Virus record (IMG/VR): IMGVR_UViG_2721755497_000004
Source of the DNA: a virus
Taxonomy: Duplodnaviria > Heunggongvirae > Uroviricota > Caudoviricetes
Strand: one strand, 5' to 3'
DNA length: 47,379 nt
Under the pieces are notes generated by a model. The model was not told where the DNA came from and ran no database searches. It was given only the letters and a program-made list of their open reading frames with translations. Position numbers and translations under genes: made by a program. Positions 20,854 to 30,037 of the stretch are shown here, in pieces; position 1 is the first letter of the stretch; every line of letters begins with the position of its first letter.

Positions 20854-21056
20854 AACCTCACTCCCAGCGGACGACGGCGACACCGGGTTGTCCCCAGTAC
20901 CGACTCCGCATCATTAATCGCCCGGTTAAGCTCATCCAGAGAAGCCGCCGTATATTCAATTCTGCGACCATCTTTCTGGACAGACACCACCCGTTTACCG
21001 GTTAATAAATCAAGGCGCGCCTGACGCAGCGCCTGCAGTTCAGCGACTGTAACCAT
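20850..21056 (-). CDS. W: head-tail joining protein W
   Basis: 68-aa ORF, ...LTGKRVVSVQKDGRRIEYTAAS... as lambda gpW; stop overlaps B start. Confidence 0.85.
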   Translation of the reverse strand: MVTVAELQALRQARLDLLTGKRVVSVQKDGRRIEYTAASLDELNRAINDAESVLGTTRCRRRPLGVRL

Positions 21057-22968
21057 TCACTCCTCCGGACAGCTTCGCTGCCAGTTCTTTAAGGGTTGGC
21101 CGGGTCGTCTCTTCTTCCCGGGATTTTGCCAGTACAGCCAGATCAAGCTGCCAGCGTTGCACGGACACACGTAATGCCGCGTAGGCATACACCAGGCAGT
21201 CCAGCGCTTCGTTACGCCGCTTTTTGTTATCCCACAGCAGACGCATCTTTCCTTTTTCCCACTTCTCCACAAGCTCCTCCGCGACCAGTTGCTGCGCCTC
21301 TGTCTGCGAAAAAATCTCCGGATCATCAGGAAAACGGATGGCATATGACGTGGCTTCATCCGCAGGCATGGGATCGGCTTTCATACGGGCATAGAGAATT
21401 TCTTTTGCGGTGTCCGTCCCCACTTCACACAGATACACGCCCCGCTGATTGCGGGTTTTTGGCATGGTGATCACCGGCTTGCCATAGACAGATGCGCCTT
21501 TTACCGGCAGCACCCGGAAAACACCGTGTTTTTTTGACCTCTGATAAACGATTTCGCCATCGATCCCCCCGGTGTCCCAGCAGACACGGGAAATGGTTAT
21601 TTCGGTACCGTCTGCATGGCGGTATTTTTTGTTGATCGCCGCATCCACACGTAACAGCGTCTCTTCCTCATCAGGACGCCCCATAATGATGATTTTATCC
21701 ACCAGAAAGGCTTCCTCTCCCGGAGCCCATCCCCAGACATACATCTCAAAACGGTTTCGCTGCGAGTCAATACCCGCCGTCAGATAAACCACCCGGGCAG
21801 GCACCGCCGCCGTGTAATGAACAACCTTATCCATCAGTACCTGGTGATCGAGTTTTTCGCCCACGGCCTCTTCCCAGGTCTCGCCCAGCGTGGTGTTCAC
21901 AAAGGTTTTCAGGCCGTTGGGATCTTTCAGTGCATCCAGCCAGTCATAGACAATCTGTACCCAGGTGGTGAACGGACTGTACGCCGTCCAGATATGGAAC
22001 GTGATGGAGCGCGGCGGCGGAATTTCATTACCCGCAGCGCTGAAAAACGTCAGACCGTCACGGGTCCACATGCCCGTGTTTTCACAGATCCACCGCCCGT
22101 TGCTCTGGTCAAGTTCAGACTGACGGATCACGCAACCATTATGTTCACAGAGGTAGAAAACACTTTCGGGTCTGTCCTTCTCCCATTTAAGGCCAAAAGG
22201 CGTGGACTCATCGCCAAATTTCAGATACTGCTCCTCCCCACAGTGCGGGCAGGGCACATAAAAACGCATGAAATGTGCCGACTCGTTAGCGGCTTTTTCG
22301 ATCTGGCAGGTGCCTTTGATTTTAGGCGTCGAGCCGCGAATGGATTTTGGCCATACAGAGCCCTCAATACGTTTATCCCCCAGCAGGGTTGGCGAACCCT
22401 CTTTTTCGACATCCGGCTCGAACGAGGAAAGCTCGTCATAACAGACCACATCCACGGATTTTTCACGGTAGTTTTTGGCGGCAGCACCACCCAGGCACCA
22501 GAAGCCCACACCCGATGAAAAGCGTTTCAGCGTGAGAGTATTATCACGATGTTTACGACCCAGCCATGGGGAAAGGTCTTTCAGGCATGGCACGTCCCGA
22601 ATCGTCGCCTCCACATGAGACTTCATAAAATCTTCAGCGGCAGAATCCGTAGGCTGAAAAAGCAGACTGTTTCGGGATTTATGCTCAATAAAATACCCGA
22701 TCACCCCCAGCAACATCTTTGTATAGCCAACACGGGCAGATTTAATCAGATTAACAGTGCGGCTCTGATCATTCCCCATACTGTTCATGATGGCGATCTG
22801 GAATGGCAGCGTTTTCCATTCGCCGTCACCGTATGAGGATTCTTTAGGCAGATAATAATTTTGATCAGCCCATTCAACTGCCGTCATCGGTACAACCCTG
22901 ACCAGAGGCTGCAGCGCAACCGAAACGGCAGCCATCATATTATTCAGTTGTTGCTCTGATATATTCAT
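21040..22968 (-). CDS. A: terminase large subunit A
   Basis: Start at the MNISEQQLNNMM Met; matches lambda gpA along its length (…AVEWADQNYYLPKESSYGDGEWKTLPFQ…). Confidence 0.95.
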   Translation of the reverse strand: MNISEQQLNNMMAAVSVALQPLVRVVPMTAVEWADQNYYLPKESSYGDGEWKTLPFQIAIMNSMGNDQSRTVNLIKSARVGYTKMLLGVIGYFIEHKSRNSLLFQPTDSAAEDFMKSHVEATIRDVPCLKDLSPWLGRKHRDNTLTLKRFSSGVGFWCLGGAAAKNYREKSVDVVCYDELSSFEPDVEKEGSPTLLGDKRIEGSVWPKSIRGSTPKIKGTCQIEKAANESAHFMRFYVPCPHCGEEQYLKFGDESTPFGLKWEKDRPESVFYLCEHNGCVIRQSELDQSNGRWICENTGMWTRDGLTFFSAAGNEIPPPRSITFHIWTAYSPFTTWVQIVYDWLDALKDPNGLKTFVNTTLGETWEEAVGEKLDHQVLMDKVVHYTAAVPARVVYLTAGIDSQRNRFEMYVWGWAPGEEAFLVDKIIIMGRPDEEETLLRVDAAINKKYRHADGTEITISRVCWDTGGIDGEIVYQRSKKHGVFRVLPVKGASVYGKPVITMPKTRNQRGVYLCEVGTDTAKEILYARMKADPMPADEATSYAIRFPDDPEIFSQTEAQQLVAEELVEKWEKGKMRLLWDNKKRRNEALDCLVYAYAALRVSVQRWQLDLAVLAKSREEETTRPTLKELAAKLSGGVNGYSR

Positions 22969-23449
22969 CAAGTAAATCCGGTAATTTATCCCCTGCCCGC
23001 GCACACTGATTTGCGCCCTTTGCAATAAGGGTTTTCAGATGTTCAATATGACGTGGCGTTAAATCCGGGAACTGTCGCTGCATGGATAAAGGGATGGAAT
23101 CAAGCGTACTGGATAACGCCATTGCCAGCTTACTGAGGGCAAAAATACAGAATCCGGTGTCGATCAGTTTTCCTTTTGACACCTCATTTTTTAGCTGTTG
23201 TGTAACGGCCTGTTCTGCTGTCAGTTCCCATCTGGCAATAAGCAATTTCTCTTCATAATCTTCTTCCGGCTCACCATCAGACACATCGTTTTTACTTCTC
23301 CTCAGATACGATATGTAAAAATCACGCCAGGCATCCAGATCCAGTTGCCCTCGCTTATTCGAGACCGGAGCACCCGGTAATTTCTGCAATCTGCGAAGCT
23401 GGCGATCGGTCAGACTTAAATGCCTGGCAACTTCAGTCTGCGTAGCCAC
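22940..23449 (-). CDS. nu1: terminase small subunit (Nu1-like)
   Basis: 169-aa ORF immediately downstream of cos, N-terminal HTH, central/C-terminal similarity to lambda Nu1 (…FCIFALSKLA…LPLSMQRQFPDL…LLDEYI). Confidence 0.8.
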   Translation of the reverse strand: MATQTEVARHLSLTDRQLRRLQKLPGAPVSNKRGQLDLDAWRDFYISYLRRSKNDVSDGEPEEDYEEKLLIARWELTAEQAVTQQLKNEVSKGKLIDTGFCIFALSKLAMALSSTLDSIPLSMQRQFPDLTPRHIEHLKTLIAKGANQCARAGDKLPDLLDEYIRATTE

Positions 23450-23496
23450 TCCTCACCTCGCAAAAACTCTCACCTCACAATCACGACAAAACCGGT

Positions 23497-23595
23497 CATG
23501 TCCGGTTCACATGCTCATTTTTTGCGCATGTCCGGTTCACAGAAGACCTGTTTTTATATTTTTCATATAGTTAACTTGCAGAGAAACCGGACATG
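23497..23595. promoter_or_regulatory. cosB: three Nu1-binding R-site repeats (CATGTCCGGTT) with AT-rich spacer
   Basis: Two direct copies at 23497-23513 and 23527-23540 and one inverted copy at 23584-23595, between nu1 start and cosN. Confidence 0.6.
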
Positions 23596-23631
23596 GATCC
23601 CGGAAAATTTTCATAAATAGTGAAAACGCGC

Positions 23632-23643
23632 GAGGTCGCCGCC
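23632..23643 (-). other. cosN cohesive-end site (GGGCGGCGACCT on minus strand)
   Basis: Exact 12-nt lambda cohesive end sequence, followed on the minus strand by sequence closely resembling the lambda left end. Confidence 0.8.
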
Positions 23644-23678
23644 CCGTAGCCTGCCGGATCGCCGGAAAGGACCCACAA

Positions 23679-23695
23679 AATGATAATAATTATCA
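23679..23695. promoter_or_regulatory. 17-bp perfect palindrome ATGATAATAATTATCAT (Fur-box-like)
   Basis: Inverted GATAAT hexamers (GATAAT-n-ATTATC), about 150 bp upstream of the ylcI-like and cytochrome b561 cargo genes. Confidence 0.3.
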
Positions 23696-23843
23696 TATAC
23701 ATGTCACAACGTGCGTGTACGCCATCAAACCACGTCAAATAATCAATTTTGGCGCAGGTGTCGTATTAATTGATCCGCATCAACTTAACGTAAAAACAAC
23801 TTCAGACAATACAAATCAACGACACTGAATACGGGGCAACCTC

Positions 23844-24038
23844 ATGTCAACTAAGAATAGAACCCGCAGAACAACAACCCGCAACATCCGCTTTCCTAAC
23901 CAAATGATTGAACAAATCAACATCGCTCTTGATCAAAAAGGGTCCGGGAATTTCTCAGCCTGGGTCATTGAAGCCTGCCGTCGGAGACTAACGTCAGAAA
24001 AGAGAGCATATACATCAATCCAAAGTGATGATGAATGA
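23844..24038 (+). CDS. YlcI-like small basic protein (ribbon-helix-helix-like)
   Basis: 64-aa ORF, Arg/Thr-rich N-terminus then RNIRFPNQMIEQINIAL; located between cos and the lysis genes on the opposite strand. Confidence 0.5.
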   Translation: MSTKNRTRRTTTRNIRFPNQMIEQINIALDQKGSGNFSAWVIEACRRRLTSEKRAYTSIQSDDE

Positions 24039-24403
24039 ACATCCCGGTTTCTTCCACCATCGCACCGGAAAAGCGACTATGAGGGTAACCCTGCGTCTGT
24101 CAGCACAGTAAAACCCGGTATGCATCGCTTTTGATTATCTCCGCACACTCGTGCAGAGGAGTATCCCGTAATGGCTGCGGTCTCTGTTAATGCGGGAACA
24201 CGGCGACAATACAGCGCCAGTTATGGGTATGAAAATCCTCACCAGCGCAAAGCTATATCAACCTGTAGTGATGCAAAATTACCCGTAGCAAAAGGTATCT
24301 CCGCACATATGCAAGAACACAGCCTTAAAAACTCAGATGAAATAATGATTTGTTAAGATTTATATTATATGTTCGACATGGTACAACACTTAAGGGATGA
24401 AAT

Positions 24404-24946
24404 ATGAACAGATACTCTAAACTTCAAATTCAATTACATTGGCTGACTCTCGTATTAATAGCTATAGCCTGTGCTGCAATGGAACTTCGAGGTTTGTTTC
24501 CTAAAGGGTCTTCCTCCTATTTGCTTATGAGAGAAACACATTACAATGCTGGTATATTTATTCTTCTACTGATGATAATAAGAGTAATTATCAATAATAA
24601 ATATATAACACCAGCTATTACGCCGCCCCCACCTGCATGGCAAATGATATCAGCCAAATTCATGCAAACCCTGTTATACATATCTTTTTTGGTGTTACCA
24701 GTATCAGGACTTGCAATCATGGTTTTTGGAGGTAAAGCATGGAGCCTTCTGGGGATTGATATTCCCACTTTCGCTAACACCGACGGAGAAGTAAAATCCG
24801 TAGCCAAAACTATTCATGAATCACTTGCAAATATTGGTTATTTATTAATCACACTCCATGCTGGCGCTGCATTAATTCATCATTATATTCAGAAGGACAA
24901 TACACTTGTCAGAATGCTCCCTGAGCACCAGCATGATAAAAAGTGA
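24404..24946 (+). CDS. cytochrome b561 family protein (CybB-like, moron)
   Basis: 180-aa ORF with conserved b561 motifs (…YSKLQIQLHWL…, …HESLANIGYLLITLHAGAALIHHYIQKDNTLVRMLP), four predicted TM helices, AT-rich, RBS AAGGGA. Confidence 0.8.
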   Translation: MNRYSKLQIQLHWLTLVLIAIACAAMELRGLFPKGSSSYLLMRETHYNAGIFILLLMIIRVIINNKYITPAITPPPPAWQMISAKFMQTLLYISFLVLPVSGLAIMVFGGKAWSLLGIDIPTFANTDGEVKSVAKTIHESLANIGYLLITLHAGAALIHHYIQKDNTLVRMLPEHQHDKK

Positions 24947-24968
24947 GGAAGAGAAGAATCATCACTCT

Positions 24969-24992
24969 GACAGGTATTTTATAATACCTGTC
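24969..24992. terminator. perfect 10-bp hairpin between convergent cytochrome b561 and Rz genes
   Basis: GACAGGTATT-TTAT-AATACCTGTC; no clear U-run on either strand. Confidence 0.4.
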
Positions 24993-25020
24993 ACACTCTG
25001 TACCTCAGTTTCAGTGACTA

Positions 25021-25527
25021 TTAATACGTCTCTGTCAGATAACTTGAATCTCTGACTGAATTATAAATGCGTTCACATGTCAATCCAGCGCGGTAATTTT
25101 CGTCAGCGCGTTTAGCATAATATCCAGCTTCTTCTGCAAGGCTTCCGAGCATGTCGGCGAGCATTGCGACGTTGCTTTCGATTGTTTTGCTTCTGACGGT
25201 AGCGGCAATATTTGCGGTATGCTCTGCCGCTTCCAGTCTGACGGTAAGCTTTGTTGCTTTTTCCCGCAACTGACTAACAGTGGCAGATAAACCAGCAGCA
25301 GTAGCATTGGCTTTGACAGCTTTCTCTTGTGCATCTTTGACAGCCTCATCACGGGCAACAATACGCCCCTGTTCAATCATCCTGACAGCAATCTGCGTAT
25401 TAACAATCTGCGACGACTCTTCACTGTCCCGCTCAGCCCATTTCGTTTGCCATTCTCTTTCACACCAGACATTTCCAGCAATAAATGAGCCAATTGACAG
25501 CAATACAATGGCCACAAGCTTAATCAA
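25021..25527 (-). CDS. Rz: Rz-like i-spanin
   Basis: 168-aa ORF after the endolysin: N-terminal TM segment then long coiled-coil; apparent TTG start overlapping the endolysin stop. Confidence 0.55.
   Translation of the reverse strand: MIKLVAIVLLSIGSFIAGNVWCEREWQTKWAERDSEESSQIVNTQIAVRMIEQGRIVARDEAVKDAQEKAVKANATAAGLSATVSQLREKATKLTVRLEAAEHTANIAATVRSKTIESNVAMLADMLGSLAEEAGYYAKRADENYRAGLTCERIYNSVRDSSYLTETY
25080..25334 (-). CDS. Rz1: Rz1-like o-spanin lipoprotein embedded in Rz (+1 frame)
   Basis: Embedded ORF with lipoprotein signal MHKRKLSKPMLLLLVYLPLLVS-C and Pro-containing mature part; start codon uncertain. Confidence 0.45.
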   Translation of the reverse strand: MHKRKLSKPMLLLLVYLPLLVSCGKKQQSLPSDWKRQSIPQILPLPSEAKQSKATSQCSPTCSEALQKKLDIMLNALTKITALD

Positions 25528-26057
25528 TTATCTATCCCCCAGCACGTCAGCATGCTTTCCTGGTCACGCCGTGATACCTGACCAGAGCAGTTGTTTGAGC
25601 GAATACGGCAGTCTTTGCCACCATCCTTAATCCACCAGCGAATCGCCTCGCAGGCACCTTTACGATCACCGGCATTAAGCCGCTTATAAAACGTCGACGG
25701 GAAACACTTACCTGGGCCAATGTTGTACGGACAGAACGACGCGATACCTGCTTTCTGCGGTTCAGTCAGCGGTACCTGGATATTTTCCTCCACCCACGCC
25801 AGCGCCTTATTGCGCTCGATGGCGTTCACCTGCTCGCATTTTGTCTTCGTCAGTTTCATGCCAGGAACGACAGGCTTACCGTCCACCATTGTGGCACCAC
25901 GGCAGATGGTCCAGATACCCGTACCATCACGGTATGCTGTTATGTGGTTGCCTTCCTTTTCATCCAGAAACTGGTCGAGAATTTCAGGCGCAGAAGCCCC
26001 TGCGGCAATCAGCGCCAGAACGGCAGCCGACAGGCCGTATCTGATTTTTGTGTTCAT
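25524..26057 (-). CDS. R: SAR endolysin (T4-lysozyme-like muramidase, phage 21 R type)
   Basis: 177-aa ORF; N-terminal Gly/Ala-rich signal-anchor-release segment (LSAAVLALIAAGASA); catalytic E-x8-D-x5-T spacing in EGNHITAYRDGTGIWT. Confidence 0.9.
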   Translation of the reverse strand: MNTKIRYGLSAAVLALIAAGASAPEILDQFLDEKEGNHITAYRDGTGIWTICRGATMVDGKPVVPGMKLTKTKCEQVNAIERNKALAWVEENIQVPLTEPQKAGIASFCPYNIGPGKCFPSTFYKRLNAGDRKGACEAIRWWIKDGGKDCRIRSNNCSGQVSRRDQESMLTCWGIDN

Positions 26058-26174
26058 GGGGATTTATCGTTTTTTAATCTCTTGATATGTTAAGTATATA
26101 ATCCAACACTCATGGCAGGTCTCATAAACATATCCCTTGAGACACAACAGATAACAACAAATGAGGCCTTATAA

Positions 26175-26489
26175 ATGAACAGTAAAGAAAGTTTGCGCAG
26201 AAGATTTTTACAACTAATGACAGAAAACGTTAAATCAGAGTTACTTCTTCAGATGGCGGACAATAACGAAGTAACGAGCAGCATTCTTGCAGACCCTTAC
26301 GGTAAACTCTCACATAAAACGCTTGATATTATTACCACAACATTAACACCACTGATGCTTCAACGGCTGAAACATAATATCAACGCATGGGTTAATGAAG
26401 AATTAAGTCCTCCCTGCTTATGGGATTCTCGTTACGCATGTCAGCAAAAAATGCGAATTTTCAACTTACTATCACCAAAGCTCAGGTAG
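26175..26489 (+). CDS. hypothetical protein (opposite-strand moron between holin and endolysin)
   Basis: 104-aa AT-rich ORF with RBS TGAGG; occupies a 687-bp insertion separating S and R. Confidence 0.45.
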   Translation: MNSKESLRRRFLQLMTENVKSELLLQMADNNEVTSSILADPYGKLSHKTLDIITTTLTPLMLQRLKHNINAWVNEELSPPCLWDSRYACQQKMRIFNLLSPKLR

Positions 26490-26744
26490 CCATAAAATCC
26501 TGCCCTTCATGGCATACAGGATATCAATGGAATCACAATGACCGCCTCTTGCACAGCTGTGTCCCTGACACCCCGACAACTCAAATTTTCAGTATCTTCT
26601 GCTATCTAAAGAGAAAGCATACAAAGTCAAGGACCTTTCATCACATCCTGTTATTGATTGCCTGTTACCTTTGCATACCTCAGGGAACGTTTTTTCAGTT
26701 AGAAATATTCATTTTACAACCAGTTCGTATTTTTTATTCATCGA

Positions 26745-26960
26745 CTACTCTCCCCGCGCCGCCTTACGACGGTCCTCTTTAATCTTGAAGTACAGGTTCG
26801 TCAGGTACGTTAACAGACCAAACAGCAGACTCCCCAGCACGCCTATTGCCGCCCACTGAGACGGGGATACCCTGTCCAGCAACTGCAGAAACCAGTATCC
26901 CGTCCCCACCGCAGACGTGGTGTATGACACACCTGTTGTGATTTTTTCCATCTGGTACAT
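26745..26960 (-). CDS. S: class II pinholin (phage 21 S type) with dual-start motif
   Basis: MYQMEK...[50 protein letters not shown]; Met1/Met4 dual start; RBS GGGAGG. Confidence 0.8.
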   Translation of the reverse strand: MYQMEKITTGVSYTTSAVGTGYWFLQLLDRVSPSQWAAIGVLGSLLFGLLTYLTNLYFKIKEDRRKAARGE

Positions 26961-27037
26961 ATCCCCGCCTCCCGTTAACCGGAAGCGCACGATAATAAAA
27001 GACCACCGCGATATGCTGGTGGCCTGTGCGTCATGTA

Positions 27038-27343
27038 TCACAGCATGGTTGCTGGCTCCGGCTGCAGAACATCATTTGGTTGTTCCTCACCACCGGTTTG
27101 TGCCTCAGGTCGTTCGCTGCTGTTTTCCACCGGAGAATCTGCTGTATTCTCACCATCCCCTGCCTGTGGCGCAGATGCCCCCTCAGCAGGTCCGATAAGC
27201 TCATCCAGAATCGCTTCCACATCCGCATCAATCTGAGCCTCAAACGTTTTACGGATAGACGCTTTCAGCGTCCCGCGGACTTCTTCAGTGCGCAGCGCTG
27301 ACTTCACTGCATCAGCAGTGACCAGTTTTTTCATTTCTGTCAT
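27038..27343 (-). CDS. hypothetical acidic protein
   Basis: ~101-aa ORF from the [13 protein letters not shown]et, highly acidic C-terminus; between nanS-p-like gene and holin. Confidence 0.4.
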   Translation of the reverse strand: MTEMKKLVTADAVKSALRTEEVRGTLKASIRKTFEAQIDADVEAILDELIGPAEGASAPQAGDGENTADSPVENSSERPEAQTGGEEQPNDVLQPEPATML

Positions 27344-27657
27344 GGTTTTTTCTCGCTGTAAGATGTGATTACGGGAGGGACGTGGACTTTGGCTCTGCTG
27401 ACTGACCGGCACTGATTTTTTCAGCCGCCATGGCATCAATCTTTTTACAGATGTAGTTTCGGATGATTTTATAACCGCCACTAACCAGATACAGTGCACA
27501 CACAGCCGTACAGAAATACAGCTGTATTTGCTGAATAAATGACATATACCCTTACCTTTAATATTGACTGGAGAAACAGTTTTAAGGTAAAAAATTACTG
27601 AGTTAATGGTTATCTCTTATTGCAAGCATTGTATCCCTTTATGGGTTGTGAATATCA

Positions 27658-27700
27658 CCCGCCAGTCAACAAATGGCTCTTTGACCGGCGGGATTTTTTT
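27658..27700 (+). terminator. plus-strand intrinsic terminator (hairpin plus T7 run)
   Basis: CCCGCCAGTCAA...TTGACCGGCGGG stem followed by GATTTTTTTAT; no annotated plus-strand gene upstream. Confidence 0.5.
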
Positions 27701-27707
27701 ATCCTGC

Positions 27708-29642
27708 TTACGCGTTATTCACTTCCACCACAATGCTGTCAATCAGCACCGGGTATGTTGCACCATTAGTGATATCGGTCACACGCAACTTGTCTGCCGT
27801 AAAAATTCCGACAGTGGACTGCGACAGCATGAACGGCGTCCCGTCCTGACCATCAATGACCGGCGTCACCTCAATACTGTTGTTACCGGCGAAACGGAAG
27901 CCCAACGTATGCCACTCGTTGTCAAATGCACCGAATGACCCCAGTTTCATGTTTTGCGCCGTATCGCCCTTGTGGTACATCACGTTAAGGTCTGTCGCAT
28001 CGCTCTGAACGTAAAAAGATGCCAGCAGGTTATGACCAGCATTACCTTCCAGGGTAACCCCTTGTGGCAGGGCAGAAACCGGCCAGTACAGCGCCAGTGC
28101 GTACTGATTAGCCGTAAGCGCGCCATCAAGTTTAAAACGACAATTGACAAGGCCGCCTTTGCCCAGCAGGTCGGCACCATTACCGGCATCATGTTCCAGG
28201 TACCAGGAGGATTTTCCCGTCGCTTTGGTAAGCTTCATCGCCTTACCTCCACTGGCTCCGGCATCATCCACAACAGCGGCACTACCTCCGCCAGCCCCCC
28301 AGCCCTGTGGAGTCAGTTGTCCTTCCGAATCGCTGGCCCTGTATGCAAACAGTGTTGTCATCCCGGTAGTTTCACCCGGTGATGTTGATGGAGTGTCAGG
28401 TGATGGCTTCTCATCCGGTGGTGTCACGGCCTGCCCGCCCAGCAGTTCAGCCGTGCGCCCTGCATGGAGCAGAATAGAGGAGGCCAGACGGTCAGAAATG
28501 ATGCCCCTGCGTGCCCATGAACTGAAATGGCTGTCACGCTGTGTCGAGACAAAACTGCCCTGGGTACGGGATGCCGCACCGTAATACCCGACAGCCACAA
28601 TATCCGGATCTTCCGTCGGAGCATTCGTTGGCGTGTTCTGTCCATTCTCATCCGTCAGGAACGGTACAAAGAAAATATTCTGAGTTTCCTTGCCTTTGTA
28701 GCCACCGTATACCGCCTCATATTTATCGGTGCCAGCGTTTTTCCAGTAATACGTGGTATCACCACAAATCCACGGTACCGTGCCAGCATTTCCACTCACG
28801 CACTGCGCAGCAAGCGGAGACAGGTCGGCTCTGAACTGCTGAACCATGGCAGTGAATAAACCATTATGCTGCTGACTTCCCGATGCAAGGTCTGCCTCTC
28901 CCTGCATCCAGACCACAGCCAGAAGTTTGTTTTTCGGGTTCTTCGCCAGCGCGACTTTGGTGCGGCTTACCAGGTCCTGATACAGAGGTTTACCGACTCC
29001 CCAGCGTGAAGAATCAGCGGAAGCACCGCTGGCCTCACTGAATGAACCGTCCGGCCCGGTGGTGAATGCTGACCCGCCACGGCAACAGGGCACCAGAAGT
29101 ATCCCGGCATTCTGCGGGATATAAGGCAGCAGTTTTTTGGCAATATGCAGCCCCTGACTCACACAACCATACTGCCCCTTGTTCAGGTCAGCTTTTGGGT
29201 GGTTTATCCCGCTCATGTCCTGCACATCATGCAGGCAGTGGTCTGCCGGAATGATGTCATTGTATTTACACGGCGTACCACCTGGCGTGACCGTGCTGCG
29301 GCGTGCCAGTTGCTTAATCCGTGGGTCCGGGCGGTCAAATGAATCCGGTAACGGAAGCCCTTCACCATAGGCCATGCCATTTGACTGCCCCGCCAGAACA
29401 ACAACAAAGTAATATTCTGGCTCACTGACTGTGCTCATTACCGTACCGCTGTCACCCGACGGCTTCACCACAACAGGCGTGGTGACATCACCCTCCGCTG
29501 CAATCGCCTGCATCAGGGTATAAGGCGTAATAGCAACCGGACTGCCAAACGGCTGCCAGCCTTCCTTCAGTTTTTGTGACAGTCGCTCCGCAAGCTCTGA
29601 CGGTGAAGCCGCCCTGACCACACCATAATGCTTAAATGTCAT
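27708..29642 (-). CDS. NanS-p-like sialate O-acetylesterase (SGNH/DUF303 hydrolase with C-terminal domain)
   Basis: ~645 aa from the MTFKHYGVV Met (RBS GGGAGGAG); GQSN motif; the position upstream of the lysis genes matches where I recall prophage nanS-p genes sitting. Confidence 0.65.
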   Translation of the reverse strand: MTFKHYGVVRAASPSELAERLSQKLKEGWQPFGSPVAITPYTLMQAIAAEGDVTTPVVVKPSGDSGTVMSTVSEPEYYFVVVLAGQSNGMAYGEGLPLPDSFDRPDPRIKQLARRSTVTPGGTPCKYNDIIPADHCLHDVQDMSGINHPKADLNKGQYGCVSQGLHIAKKLLPYIPQNAGILLVPCCRGGSAFTTGPDGSFSEASGASADSSRWGVGKPLYQDLVSRTKVALAKNPKNKLLAVVWMQGEADLASGSQQHNGLFTAMVQQFRADLSPLAAQCVSGNAGTVPWICGDTTYYWKNAGTDKYEAVYGGYKGKETQNIFFVPFLTDENGQNTPTNAPTEDPDIVAVGYYGAASRTQGSFVSTQRDSHFSSWARRGIISDRLASSILLHAGRTAELLGGQAVTPPDEKPSPDTPSTSPGETTGMTTLFAYRASDSEGQLTPQGWGAGGGSAAVVDDAGASGGKAMKLTKATGKSSWYLEHDAGNGADLLGKGGLVNCRFKLDGALTANQYALALYWPVSALPQGVTLEGNAGHNLLASFYVQSDATDLNVMYHKGDTAQNMKLGSFGAFDNEWHTLGFRFAGNNSIEVTPVIDGQDGTPFMLSQSTVGIFTADKLRVTDITNGATYPVLIDSIVVEVNNA

Positions 29643-29812
29643 TGCTCCTCCCGGACGGGATAATATGTTAACTAAGATGAGAGAGCAGGTGACAGCCCCG
29701 GCCGCATGAAAGTTCTGAGAGGGAAGTGCTGCCTGCTGCTCCATTGCACAGATTAATTACTGTCTGGTAGTATTCAGTGGCTGATTAGAATACTTCACAT
29801 TTTGTTATTTTG

Positions 29813-29847
29813 TGCAGCCCGTTACCATTCGTAGCGGGCTTTTTTTG
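29813..29847 (+). terminator. plus-strand hairpin plus T7 run
   Basis: AGCCCG...CGGGCT stem followed by TTTTTTT. Confidence 0.45.
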
Positions 29848-29850
29848 TCC

Positions 29851-29876
29851 ATAAAAAAGCCCCTCCGGAGAGGGGC
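29851..29876 (-). terminator. minus-strand intrinsic terminator (GCCCCTC-CGGA-GAGGGGC plus U6)
   Basis: Perfect 7-bp GC stem preceded on the plus strand by AAAAAA; lies downstream (minus sense) of repeat element A. Confidence 0.55.
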
Positions 29877-29907
29877 ATACTAGCTATATATCCATTTATC
29901 ATTGGCT

Positions 29908-30037
29908 GCGTGGTGCCGGGTGCCTCCCGGTGAGCTCAGCCTGGTGTCACTGAGCCCGCACATTCTCGATCCAAGTTATCGTCGGAGATAATACCTGATA
30001 CACCAGACGCCCCTCCGCACAGGGGGATTCACCACGC
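29908..30037 (-). repeat. structured repeat element A (closing helix GCGTGGTG/CACCACGC)
   Basis: 5' arm plus CCGGG-TGCCT-CCCGG hairpin ... variable core ... CCCCT-CCGCAC-AGGGG hairpin plus GATT plus 3' arm; strand assigned from the flanking terminators. Confidence 0.7.

Noticed and set aside
24171-24356. 61-aa plus-strand ORF upstream of the cytochrome b561 gene
   Set aside because: No RBS and no recognisable features; more likely part of the promoter/leader region of the cytochrome gene. Kept only as a possibility.
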